Source of the DNA: an uncultured Clostridia bacterium
GTDB lineage: Bacteria > Bacillota > Clostridia > Christensenellales > UBA1242
Direction: 5' to 3'
Assembly: GCA_934749845.1 (NCBI GenBank)
Contig: CAKVHQ010000001.1
Location: 11,750 to 75,749 of the forward strand
DNA length: 64,000 nucleotides
In this document: positions 46,990 through 56,278 of the stretch, one piece after another
Layout of the letters: every line of letters starts with the position of its first letter
Position numbering within the stretch: position 1 is the stretch's first letter
Notes under the pieces: generated by a model
Seen by the model: only the letters and a program-made list of their open reading frames with translations
Told to the model about the DNA's origin: nothing
Databases searched by the model: none
Program-made: the position numbers and the translations under genes

Positions 46990-47123
46990 TAGCCCCTAAA
47001 GTAAAATAGTAATGCAATTCATTATATTTTTAAGGCTTAAATTTTGTTAAAGTTGCTTTTTAAAATTTGTTTAAAATGCTCTACTGTGATATAATCAAAA
47101 CGATTAAAACTAGGAGAACAAAC

Positions 47124-49289
47124 ATGGAAAATTACGCAAAAATTTTATCTCTTGAATTAGGTCTTCAAGAAAATCATGCACAAAACATTATCGACCTATT
47201 AGACGATGGCTCTACCATTCCATTTATTTCTAGATACAGAAAAGAAATGACTGGTAGTTGTGATGACCAAACATTAAGAGTTTTTAGTGATAGATTAACC
47301 TATTTACGAAACTTTGATAAACGAAAAGAAGAAGTTACTAAACTTATAACCGACCAAGAAAAAATGACGCCTGAAATTTTGCAATCAATCGAGAATGCAA
47401 AAACTTTAACCGAACTTGAAGATATTTATAGACCATTTAGACCTAAACGCCAAACAAGAGCAACAATCGCTGTGGCAAAAGGCTTGGAGCCACTTGCAAA
47501 AGTTATTCTAGCGCAAAAAGAAACTGAAGGAAGCCCAGACGATTTTGCAAAGAACTATATCAGTGAAGAAAAGAAAGTTTTAACCACGCTTGACGCATTA
47601 AATGGTGCTTGCGATATAGTTGCAGAAACAATAAGCGATGACGCAGAGATTAGAAAAAATTTAAGAGAGTTTTTGGAAAGAACTGCCGAAATTTGCACCA
47701 CACTAAAAGAAGGCGAAAACTTTAAAACATACACGATGTACGATAACTACAAAGAAAAAATTATGTCTATTCCAAGCCACAGAATACTAGCAATAAATCG
47801 TGGCGAAAGCGACAAATGTTTGGCAGTTAAAATTGAAGCAAACGAAGAAAAATGTTTGCAAATTATTGCAAAAAAATACATCAAAAAACCAAGTATTTGG
47901 ACTGAACTAGTAAGCAAAACCATTCAAGACAGTTTTGAAAGACTAATCATGCCAAGTTTAGACACAGAGTTAAGAAACAAATTAACTGAAGTTGCCGATG
48001 AACAAGCAATTAAAATGTTTGAGGTGAACTTAAAGCCACTTTTAATGCAACCACCTTTAAAGCACAAACGCATTTTAGGTTTGGACCCAGCTTACAGAAC
48101 AGGTTGCAAACTTGCCGCCATTGATGAAAACGGGAAAGTTCTTGCAACAAGCGTTATCTATCCAACCCCACCCCACAACGAGATTGAAAAAAGCGAACTT
48201 GTTGTGCTTCAAATGATAGACAAATTAAAAATTGATGCAATTAGCATTGGAAACGGAACAGCAAGCAAAGAAAGTGAAATTTTTGTTGCCAACCTTTTGA
48301 AAAAATGTCCAAGAAAAGTTTCTTACATGGTTGTTAGCGAAGCAGGAGCATCGGTATACTCTGCAAGCAAACTTGGTGCTGAAGAATTCCCTAACTACGA
48401 TGTTACCCAACGAAGTGCTGTTTCAATCGCAAGGCGTTTGCAAGACCCACTAGCAGAACTTATCAAAATTGATGTTAAGTCAATCGGCGTTGGTCAATAT
48501 CAACACGATATGCCACAAAAACGATTAACCGAAGTTTTAGATGGCGTGGTTGAAGATTGCGTAAACAGCGTTGGTGTTGATTTAAACACAGCAAGCCCAA
48601 GTTTACTATCCAAGGTTTCTGGCTTAAACAATTCGATTGCAAAAAATATTGTTAAATATCGTGAAGAAAATGGAGCATTCACTTTACGTGAACAACTTAA
48701 AGATGTTTCTAAACTTGGAAACAAGGCGTTTGAACAATGTGCAGGATTTTTAAGAATAGCAAATGGAAAAAACATTTTGGACAACACAGCAGTGCATCCA
48801 GAAAGTTACGAAGCAACCGAGAAATTGCTTAAATTGTTTAATCTTAAAGATGCCGACATAGCAAATCATAATGTTGCAAATCTTCCAAGTTTGATTGAAG
48901 AAAAAGGCGAAAAGAAAACCGCCGAAGAAATTGGAGTTGGTGTTCCAACCCTAACCGATATTGTAACCGAACTATTAAAACCCGGCAGAGATATTCGTGA
49001 CGAGTTGCCTGCCCCAATGTTAAGAACCGACGTTATGGAAATGAAAGACCTTAAGGAAGGTATGGTTTTGAAAGGCACTGTTAGAAATGTTATTGACTTT
49101 GGTGCGTTTGTTGACATCGGCGTTCATCAAGACGGCTTGGTTCACATAAGTCAAATTTGCGACCACTACATTAAGCACCCAAGCGAAGAGTTATCTGTAG
49201 GTCAAATTGTTGATGTTAAAGTGCTTGGCGTTGACCTTGACAAAAACAGAATTTCATTAACGATGAAAGGCATCGAACCACAACAATAA
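47124..49289 (+). CDS. tex: Tex-like transcription accessory protein with a C-terminal S1 domain
   Basis: The start is re-set to MENYAKILSLELGL (ATG at 47124, RBS taggag). It has TIPFISRYRKE, a YqgF-like core ILGLDPAYRTGCK, HhH repeats, and the S1 motif GTVRNVIDFGAFVDIGVHQDGLVHISQ. Confidence 0.93.
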   Translation: MENYAKILSLELGLQENHAQNIIDLLDDGSTIPFISRYRKEMTGSCDDQTLRVFSDRLTYLRNFDKRKEEVTKLITDQEKMTPEILQSIENAKTLTELEDIYRPFRPKRQTRATIAVAKGLEPLAKVILAQKETEGSPDDFAKNYISEEKKVLTTLDALNGACDIVAETISDDAEIRKNLREFLERTAEICTTLKEGENFKTYTMYDNYKEKIMSIPSHRILAINRGESDKCLAVKIEANEEKCLQIIAKKYIKKPSIWTELVSKTIQDSFERLIMPSLDTELRNKLTEVADEQAIKMFEVNLKPLLMQPPLKHKRILGLDPAYRTGCKLAAIDENGKVLATSVIYPTPPHNEIEKSELVVLQMIDKLKIDAISIGNGTASKESEIFVANLLKKCPRKVSYMVVSEAGASVYSASKLGAEEFPNYDVTQRSAVSIARRLQDPLAELIKIDVKSIGVGQYQHDMPQKRLTEVLDGVVEDCVNSVGVDLNTASPSLLSKVSGLNNSIAKNIVKYREENGAFTLREQLKDVSKLGNKAFEQCAGFLRIANGKNILDNTAVHPESYEATEKLLKLFNLKDADIANHNVANLPSLIEEKGEKKTAEEIGVGVPTLTDIVTELLKPGRDIRDELPAPMLRTDVMEMKDLKEGMVLKGTVRNVIDFGAFVDIGVHQDGLVHISQICDHYIKHPSEELSVGQIVDVKVLGVDLDKNRISLTMKGIEPQQ

Positions 49290-49303
49290 ACTAAATTTAA
49301 AAA

Positions 49304-49331
49304 GCCACCAGTTTATTACTAGTGGTTTTTT
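49304..49331 (+). terminator. Rho-independent terminator
   Basis: gccaccagt ttatt actagtggt followed by ttttt. Confidence 0.7.
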
Positions 49332-49446
49332 AGTGTCTAATAAACTTCAAGTTTAATTAGTGCTTGTATCAATAATAAATTTAGCATTACGATACACTTT
49401 TTAAAAAAAAATTAACAAAATTTTAATATTCCATATAAAATAAAAT

Positions 49447-50976
49447 ATGAAGAAAACTACTCTAAAAAAGCCAACATTTTATGAATATATAAAAAGCAGA
49501 CATAACCACAAGCGTAACTATTTGATTAGAAAAGTGCCCATAGTTATAAGGCAAAGCGGTGCAAGAGGCATAACAGGTCCCACAGGTCCAACTGGCCCTA
49601 TAGGTCCAACTGGCCCACAAGGTAAGCAAGGTCCTAAAGGAGATTGCGCAAATAATGTTGTTGCTAGAACAACTGTATGCGTTAGCCCAGATGAAGTTGC
49701 TAGAGTTGAATCTCATGATGTTAATAACACCACTTGTTTAGACTTTTACATTCCACGCGGAGCAACAGGCCCATCGCCTGTTATCGAAGCAGGAAATGTA
49801 AGCAGTGTGGAAACTGAAAAGCCTGCCGAAGTTCTGGTTAGATATGAAAATGGTATTCACTACCTTGATTTTTCTATTCCTAAAGGAGAAACCGGCTTGC
49901 AAGGAATTCAAGGCGTGGCAGGCATTCAAGGCCCAAAGGGCGAAACTGGACCTCAAGGAATTAAAGGTCAAAAAGGAGATACCGGCTTGCAAGGACCACA
50001 AGGGCAGCAAGGCGTTGCTGGACCTAAAGGAGATAAAGGCGAAACTGGACCTGCTGGAGAAATTGGTCCACAAGGCATTCAAGGACTAACTGGTCCACAA
50101 GGCGAAAAAGGAGAAACAGGACCTATTGGTGCAACTGGACCGCAGGGCGAGCAAGGACCAAAGGGCGAACAAGGAGAACAAGGCCCGAAAGGAGACAAGG
50201 GCGAAACTGGTCCACAAGGCTTCCCCGGTGAAATTGGAAGAAGTGAAACAATTTCTATCGACCTAACAGAAACTATTGAAGCTGGAGAAGAAGCACAAGT
50301 TTTAGACGATTTTGAAAATTTTGTTCATCACCTAACCTTCTACATTCCCAAAGGGGCAACCGGACCACAAGGCGAAAAGGGCGATAAAAACGAAGATATT
50401 ATATTGGCTGGCAACACAACACTAGTGGGAGAAAACGAACCCGCAAAGGTTGAGGATAGATATGAAGAAAATGTGCATTTTTTTGATTTTCAAATTCCAC
50501 AAGGAAAGACTGGAGAAAAAGGCGACCGTGGACCTGCCGGCCCACAAGGAGTGCAAGGAGTTACAGGACCTGCCGGCTCAACAAATAATATAAACGCCAC
50601 AATTTACAACTCAATAAATCAAGACATTGCAAGCGGAAGGCCTATAATTATGGATGAAGTTTTAACAAATAATGGCCTGAGCTTGAATAATAGTTCGATA
50701 ACCGTTCCAGCAACTGGCACATATATTATTAGTTTTTCAATAAATAATGGAACATCTGCTTCTGCAGGCGATTGCATTGGAGCATACTGCAACAATCAAC
50801 TGATTTTTGGTTCAAGAAGGCCTCTAACCACAAGCACTAATGTTAGTGCAACTGTTGTTACCAACTTGAAAATAAACGACATTATCACTCTCGTTCCCAC
50901 ATTGTCTACCAACCGAACTATAACATCATCTGGTGCACCAAGTGCCATGTTAACTGTGGTTCAAATTGCAACATAA
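49447..50976 (+). CDS. Collagen-like (G-X-Y) repeat protein with interspersed beta modules and a BclA/C1q-like C-terminal domain
   Basis: G-X-Y tracts lie at aa 41-66, 147-264 (about 39 uninterrupted triplets), 303-313 and 353-377. The C-terminal ~130 aa is globular and beta-rich ([16 protein letters not shown]...). Confidence 0.85.
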   Translation: MKKTTLKKPTFYEYIKSRHNHKRNYLIRKVPIVIRQSGARGITGPTGPTGPIGPTGPQGKQGPKGDCANNVVARTTVCVSPDEVARVESHDVNNTTCLDFYIPRGATGPSPVIEAGNVSSVETEKPAEVLVRYENGIHYLDFSIPKGETGLQGIQGVAGIQGPKGETGPQGIKGQKGDTGLQGPQGQQGVAGPKGDKGETGPAGEIGPQGIQGLTGPQGEKGETGPIGATGPQGEQGPKGEQGEQGPKGDKGETGPQGFPGEIGRSETISIDLTETIEAGEEAQVLDDFENFVHHLTFYIPKGATGPQGEKGDKNEDIILAGNTTLVGENEPAKVEDRYEENVHFFDFQIPQGKTGEKGDRGPAGPQGVQGVTGPAGSTNNINATIYNSINQDIASGRPIIMDEVLTNNGLSLNNSSITVPATGTYIISFSINNGTSASAGDCIGAYCNNQLIFGSRRPLTTSTNVSATVVTNLKINDIITLVPTLSTNRTITSSGAPSAMLTVVQIAT

Positions 50977-51010
50977 TTTTACTTCTTGTTAATAACAGTA
51001 AAACACAAAA

Positions 51011-51036
51011 AGCACAAGGAAAACCTTGTGCTTTTT
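51011..51036 (+). terminator. Rho-independent terminator
   Basis: agcacaagg aaaa ccttgtgct followed by tttt. Confidence 0.8.
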
Positions 51037-51257
51037 ATTGTTCTACTATGTAATAACAAATAATTTACAATAATAAAATAAGGATTTTATTTAGGCTAAA
51101 ATTTAATTTTTAAAGATATTTTTAATTTTTTTTAGTTTGTTTTAACGATTTTTATCAATTTTTTTGCAAAAAAATAAAATTTTACAGTCTACTATTTTAT
51201 CATCGCTTAAAAGTATAGTAAAAATCTTTAACTTTTACACACCTTTTACTAGTATGT

Positions 51258-51626
51258 TTAAAACCTAGAACAAGACGAACCGTTACCACCATTTCCGTAA
51301 ATAAGTTCAAGCATAATAATAAACAAAAGCAAGTTAAATTGGTTAAGAGAATTACTTTTGGCTTTTGGAGCTATTGATGGAGAATTGTTGTTTGATTGGT
51401 TAGGCGTTGTTGACGGAGAATTAACTGGAGAAGAACTTGGCTCGTTGTTTATTGGGTTTGTAACTGGACTGTTGCCAATAAACCTTGATGTGTCGTTATT
51501 TTCGTTTGGGTTAGCATCTCCCCTTAATATTTCCACCTTATCAACATTCATTGCTTTTTGATACGCCTTTTTAAATTCACCCACTTTTTCATCTGCCACA
51601 GTTGCAAAATCATTATATTGTTCCAT
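51258..51626 (-). CDS. Low-complexity N/P/S-rich protein with a hydrophobic-Gly C-terminal tail (122 aa)
   Basis: The start is re-set to MEQYNDFATV (ATG at 51626, RBS gagagggt). The middle region is NSPVTNPINNEPSSSPVNSPSTTPNQSNNNSPS and the tail is LLLFIIMLELIYGNGGNGSSCSRF. Confidence 0.5.
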   Translation of the reverse strand: MEQYNDFATVADEKVGEFKKAYQKAMNVDKVEILRGDANPNENNDTSRFIGNSPVTNPINNEPSSSPVNSPSTTPNQSNNNSPSIAPKAKSNSLNQFNLLLFIIMLELIYGNGGNGSSCSRF

Positions 51627-51703
51627 TTTTACCCTCTCGGCATTATATATGAATAACATAGTAAAATGTTTACAAATCAATATTAAACGATATAAAATTT
51701 TAC

Positions 51704-51731
51704 ATAAAAAAACTCACAATAAAGTGAGTTA
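51704..51731 (-). terminator. Rho-independent terminator of recR
   Basis: On the minus strand, aactcactttattgtgagtt followed by tttttt. Confidence 0.7.
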
Positions 51732-51797
51732 ATTGATGTATTTTTTATATTGTATTATCAAGACATTTAAAATGAAACAAAAACAATAAAGACGAAA

Positions 51798-52388
51798 TTA
51801 AATTGTTTTACGGTCTTCTAGCGCCTTTGTTAATGTTACTTCATCTTGATATTCAATATCACTGCCCATGCTAATTCCTTGAGCAAGTTTGGTTACCTTA
51901 ACGCCAAGTGGATTTAAAAGCCTTGAAACATACATACTTGTGGCTTCGCCTTCAACATCACTATTAAGTGCCATAATAACTTCTTTAACATTACCATTTT
52001 GAACTCTTTGAAGAAGTGATTTTAAATTTATGTCGTCTGGACCTTTCCCGTTAAGTGGCGACAAAGTTCCGTGAAGCACATGATAAACTCCATCGTAGTT
52101 TTTAACTTTTTCCATAGAAATTATATCTTTTGGTTCTTTAACAACACAAATGGTTTCGTGATTTCTTTTAGCGCAGATATCACAAATATCGTTTTCACTA
52201 AAATTGCCACAAATTGAGCAAAACTTAACCATTTTTTTTGCGGTAATTAAGTTGCTTGCAAATTCTTCAACTTGTTCAAGTGGCATGTTTAAAATTGCAT
52301 AACTATATCTTTCGGCAGTCTTTTTGCCAACTGCTGGTAGTTTGGTAAAACTATTTGTTAATCTGTCAACCGATTCAATATTGTTCAT
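51798..52388 (-). CDS. recR: Recombination protein RecR
   Basis: LPAVGKKTAERYSYAIL HhH motif, zinc finger CSICGNFSENDICDIC, and a Toprim domain. Confidence 0.95.
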   Translation of the reverse strand: MNNIESVDRLTNSFTKLPAVGKKTAERYSYAILNMPLEQVEEFASNLITAKKMVKFCSICGNFSENDICDICAKRNHETICVVKEPKDIISMEKVKNYDGVYHVLHGTLSPLNGKGPDDINLKSLLQRVQNGNVKEVIMALNSDVEGEATSMYVSRLLNPLGVKVTKLAQGISMGSDIEYQDEVTLTKALEDRKTI

Positions 52389-52399
52389 TTTTTATCCTC

Positions 52400-52717
52400 T
52401 TAAAACATGCCTTTTGGCAAGCCACCCAGCATTTCTTCTTTAAGTTCGTCCACTTTTCTTGATGCGTCGTTTACGCAAGCAACAATTAAATCTTCAAGCA
52501 TTTCAACATCGTCTGGGTCAACTGCCTGTGGGTTGATTTTTATTTTTTTAAGTTCTTTTGAACCTGTCATTTCACACTCAATCATACCACCAGATACACT
52601 TGAAGTTACTGTTGAATTTTCAAGTTCTTCTTGTTTTCGTTGCATTTCTTCTTGCATTTTTTGGGCTTGTTTTAAAATATTTTGCATATTTCCGCCACCA
52701 AATCCGTTAAAATTCAT
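52400..52717 (-). CDS. ybaB: YbaB/EbfC nucleoid-associated protein
   Basis: NMQNILKQAQKMQEEMQRKQEELE and GGMIECEMTGSKELKKIKINPQAVDPDDVEMLEDLI. It sits in the conserved dnaX-ybaB-recR order. Confidence 0.92.
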   Translation of the reverse strand: MNFNGFGGGNMQNILKQAQKMQEEMQRKQEELENSTVTSSVSGGMIECEMTGSKELKKIKINPQAVDPDDVEMLEDLIVACVNDASRKVDELKEEMLGGLPKGMF

Positions 52718-52739
52718 ATTTAATACCTCTTTAATAATT

Positions 52740-54362
52740 TTATACTATTTGTAATTTATTGCCAAACTTTTCTTTTAAAAAATCTTGCGTGCTTTGTTGC
52801 TGTTTGTCGCTTATTAAAGCAATTTCAAGGTTAAACGATGAAATTTGCTTTAAAGCCTGTTCGAGAACTTTTTTGTTTTCCACCAAGCCTTTATAAGTTA
52901 AATCATCCGCTTGCAAAATTAAAGTGTTTCCATTTTGCGAAACCGTAACATCGCCCAGCATAGCATAAACCATCATTTGCCCTGACTTTCGCAAGTTGTT
53001 AGCCAGTTCGCCAAAAGTTTTCTTGGCTTCTAAACTATCTTTGTTTATGTTATTGTCAGCAAAGTCAATATCCGCTTTTACTAGCGTTGCCTTTTCTTCA
53101 CTTAATGGCAAGTTATCATAACTTGGAATTTGTTGTTCTAAAATAAAATCATCTAACTTTTCAGTTTTGTCAATAACTTTTTTTTCTTCTACTTTCTGTC
53201 TACTGGGTAGCACCGTTTTTTCACTTAAGATTTTTTCAAGGTCATCTAATCTGGTGCTTAACTTTTCAACTTCGCTTTGAGTAAATATTAAAGAAAGCAA
53301 GGTTGTTTGCACTACCATGTCTGTGTTCAAAGACATTTTAAGTTTACTATCTGTTTCTGCCAATGTTTTTAAAATTGAAACCAATTTAGCACTGTCGGCA
53401 GTCAAAGATAACTGCTGTAAACTATCATAAATGCTTGAAGGAAGTTTTAAAAACTCCTTGGCATCCCCCATAACTTTTATGGTTAAAATGTTGTTTACAT
53501 TTTCAATTAAATCGTCAACAAGACCAGATAAATTTTTTCCACTATTTTTTAGGCTATTTACAATTTCTAAAAGTTGTTTTGCATCTTGCTTTAAAATGGA
53601 GTTTAATATTTTTGATATTGTTTCAAAATCGGTCACGCCCAAACATTCTTGGCATTTAGCATAAGTGATGTTGCCATTTGAATATGCACTACACATTTCT
53701 GCAACAGAAAGAGTATCTCTAACACTGCCTCTCCCGTTCTTGGCAATAAGTTTTAAACTTTCTTCATCAAACTTTATTCCACTTTTTGTTAAAACATTTT
53801 TTAAGTGCATAGCAAGGTCGTCTTCGCTTACAAGTTTAAAATCGAAGCGCATACATCTTGAAAGTATGGTTGCAGGTAATTTTTGTGGTTCGGTTGTTGC
53901 AAGAATAAATATTGCATGACTAGGTGGTTCTTCCAAAGTTTTTAATAGTGCATTAAAGGCACTATCTGTTAACATATGCACCTCGTCAACAATATAAACT
54001 TTATACTTATTTACGCTTGGCAAATAACCTATTTTTTCTCTTAAATCACGAATTTCATCAACTCTATTATTACTTGCTGCGTCAATCTCCACAATGTCTA
54101 AATTTCCGCCATTAAGGTTAGACAAACATGCTTCACATTTTCCACAAGGGCTACCATTTACTGGGCTTAAGCAGTTAACTGCTCTTGCAAAAATTTTTGC
54201 ACAGCTTGTTTTTCCTGTTCCACGAGTTCCGCAAAACAAATAGGCATGTCCAAAACTATTGTTTTCCACTTGGTTTTTAAGGGTTTTAACAATATATTCT
54301 TGACCAATAACTTTATCAAAAGTTTGAGGTCTAAAATTTCTATATAACACTAAATGTGACAT
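52740..54362 (-). CDS. dnaX: DNA polymerase III subunit gamma/tau
   Basis: YRNFRPQTFDKVIGQE, GTRGTGKTSCAKIFA, zinc module CGKCEAC, VYIVDEVHMLT, SRC motif. Confidence 0.95.
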   Translation of the reverse strand: MSHLVLYRNFRPQTFDKVIGQEYIVKTLKNQVENNSFGHAYLFCGTRGTGKTSCAKIFARAVNCLSPVNGSPCGKCEACLSNLNGGNLDIVEIDAASNNRVDEIRDLREKIGYLPSVNKYKVYIVDEVHMLTDSAFNALLKTLEEPPSHAIFILATTEPQKLPATILSRCMRFDFKLVSEDDLAMHLKNVLTKSGIKFDEESLKLIAKNGRGSVRDTLSVAEMCSAYSNGNITYAKCQECLGVTDFETISKILNSILKQDAKQLLEIVNSLKNSGKNLSGLVDDLIENVNNILTIKVMGDAKEFLKLPSSIYDSLQQLSLTADSAKLVSILKTLAETDSKLKMSLNTDMVVQTTLLSLIFTQSEVEKLSTRLDDLEKILSEKTVLPSRQKVEEKKVIDKTEKLDDFILEQQIPSYDNLPLSEEKATLVKADIDFADNNINKDSLEAKKTFGELANNLRKSGQMMVYAMLGDVTVSQNGNTLILQADDLTYKGLVENKKVLEQALKQISSFNLEIALISDKQQQSTQDFLKEKFGNKLQIV

Positions 54363-54380
54363 AAATTTCTCCTACATAAA

Positions 54381-54908
54381 TTATAACAAATGGGCAAGTT
54401 TTTTCCTAATTCTATTAAGTCCATTATCAACACTTTTTTTATCCAAGCAAAGAGTGTCTGCAATCTGTTGATAATTCTTTCCAAGTAAGTATTGCTTTAA
54501 AATTTGCTTTTCAAGCAAACTTAAAGATTTGTTTATTTCCTTTTTTGTTTGCATATAATCTTCACGATTTATAACTCTATCTTCTGGGTTTGGGTCTTTG
54601 CTTATAACAAGATACATTTGCTCTTCGTTATCTTCAAGCATAACCTCATTTAGCACTCTGTTTTTATTTCTGTTTGCCGATTTTATTGCAGATTGAATTT
54701 GAGATTTAATGCATAATAGTGCAAAGGTTTTGAAAGATGTTTGCTTTAATGGGTCGAAAGTTTGAATGGCTTTATAAAGCCCTATCATGCCTTCTTGAAT
54801 TAAATCTTCTGGCTCTGCACCCACCAAAAAATATCTTCTAGCAACAGAAGTCACAAGAGGTTTATATTCATCAAGCATTTTTTCAACATCTTGCGAAGAT
54901 TGATCCAT
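54381..54908 (-). CDS. sigH: Sigma-70 family sigma factor, SigH-like by sequence and synteny
   Basis: The start is re-set to MDQSSQDV (ATG at 54908, RBS aaaaggagc). Region 2 is EDLIQEGMIGLYKAIQTFD and the region 4 HTH is NYQQIADTLCLDKKSVDNGLNRIRKKL. It lies downstream of mrnC-rlmB, as in Bacillus. Confidence 0.8.
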   Translation of the reverse strand: MDQSSQDVEKMLDEYKPLVTSVARRYFLVGAEPEDLIQEGMIGLYKAIQTFDPLKQTSFKTFALLCIKSQIQSAIKSANRNKNRVLNEVMLEDNEEQMYLVISKDPNPEDRVINREDYMQTKKEINKSLSLLEKQILKQYLLGKNYQQIADTLCLDKKSVDNGLNRIRKKLAHLL

Positions 54909-54976
54909 TTTTGCTCCTTTTTGAGAATTAGTATCAGTAATCAATTTTAAGCTTTCTTAAAATTTGAAACGAATTC

Positions 54977-55705
54977 TCATTTGTTAATGATACGCTGTCT
55001 TACTGCTTCATACAAGCAAATTGAGCAAGCATTTGAGGCGTTTAAAGAATTGATTTTTCCAAGAAGTGGAAGGCTGATAATTTCATCGCACAAATCCCTT
55101 GTGAGCCTTGAAATTCCAAAACCTTCGCTTCCCACAACCAAGGCAATGTTTCCGGTTAAATTCGTCTTGTAAATTGAATTGCCATCGGCTTCCATGCCGT
55201 AAACGAATATATTTTTCTTTTTTAAATCTCGAATGCAATCGTTAAGGTTTGTAACCTGCGCAATCATAACATTAAAGCACGCACCTGTGCTAACTTTTAT
55301 AACAGTGTCGTTAACTTGGCAAGCACGATTTTTTGGCAAAATTATACCATGAACCCCAGCACATTCTGCACTTCTTATTATCGCGCCCAAATTATGTGGG
55401 TCGCTAACTTCGTCAACTAAAAGCAAAAACACTGGTTCATTTTTTGCTTGTGCCAAAGCCAAAATATCATCAAGTTGAGCATAGTTATAGTTGCTAGCAT
55501 AAGCGATAATTCCCTGATGTTTGCCGTTTTCACTTTGCTTGTCTAAAATTTGTTTTTGCACAAATTCCACTCTAACATTTTTTTTCTTAAGTTTGCTAAC
55601 CAAGGCGTTAATATCAGCTGAGCAATCTTTTTGTACCAAAACTTTATCTATTCTTAAGTTAGAATCTAAAATTTCTTTAACTGCGTTTTTTCCTTCAATT
55701 TTCAT
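54977..55705 (-). CDS. rlmB: 23S rRNA 2'-O-ribose methyltransferase RlmB/YacO (SpoU/TrmH family)
   Basis: The start is re-set to MKIEGKNAVKE (ATG at 55705). Motifs are DEVSDPHNLGAIIRSAECAG, LVVGSEGFGIS and INSLNASNACSICLYE. Confidence 0.88.
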   Translation of the reverse strand: MKIEGKNAVKEILDSNLRIDKVLVQKDCSADINALVSKLKKKNVRVEFVQKQILDKQSENGKHQGIIAYASNYNYAQLDDILALAQAKNEPVFLLLVDEVSDPHNLGAIIRSAECAGVHGIILPKNRACQVNDTVIKVSTGACFNVMIAQVTNLNDCIRDLKKKNIFVYGMEADGNSIYKTNLTGNIALVVGSEGFGISRLTRDLCDEIISLPLLGKINSLNASNACSICLYEAVRQRIINK

Positions 55706-55707
55706 AA

Positions 55708-56136
55708 TTATTCCTCTATTATTTTTTGTTTGCAAATATTTAAAATTTCCATTAGTCTTGCATTATCTTTTGTCATGTATAAGTATCCAAGCAAACTTTC
55801 AAAACTTGTGGCTTTTTTGTATTCTTCCAAATTACTGTTTTTGGCTATGTTGTGAGTCTTAATATTTCTTGCTGTGTTGCAAATTCGCATTTCACTTTCT
55901 GTTAAAACAGGATATAAACAATCTATTAAATGTGCTTGAAAACTTGCTTTAACAAACCTGCTTGTTTCGGTGTGAAGCACTCCTGCTTTTTTTGTTGAAC
56001 TTGATGCTAAAAATTCCCTAACATAAAGCGTGAAAACAGCATCTCCAACAAACGCAAACACAAGCACATTATGATTAAGTGCTTCTGCTTTAGTGATTGT
56101 CATATCGTTACTAATTAAAAATTGTTCAAAATTCAT
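55708..56136 (-). CDS. mrnC: Mini-ribonuclease 3
   Basis: LVFAFVGDAVFTLYVREFL matches the RNase III-like signature. The small size and the position upstream of rlmB also fit. The start is uncertain (56136 or 56172). Confidence 0.78.
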   Translation of the reverse strand: MNFEQFLISNDMTITKAEALNHNVLVFAFVGDAVFTLYVREFLASSSTKKAGVLHTETSRFVKASFQAHLIDCLYPVLTESEMRICNTARNIKTHNIAKNSNLEEYKKATSFESLLGYLYMTKDNARLMEILNICKQKIIEE

Positions 56137-56278
56137 TTCGCATTTATTATACCACACAATTTGCCAATTCAAAATTCTTTTTTAATTTATCTTTTATATA
56201 AATTTATTTCTATCAAATATAGTTTGCAAGAAATAATATTTCCTAAATATAGGCAATATAATATATAGAGGAAATTTT

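Noticed and set aside
49462-50089. Several antisense or alternate-frame ORFs (84-114 aa) inside the collagen-like gene.
   Set aside because: The GGN-CCN-NNN periodicity of G-X-Y coding suppresses stop codons in other frames. Their products are low-complexity and lack start signals.
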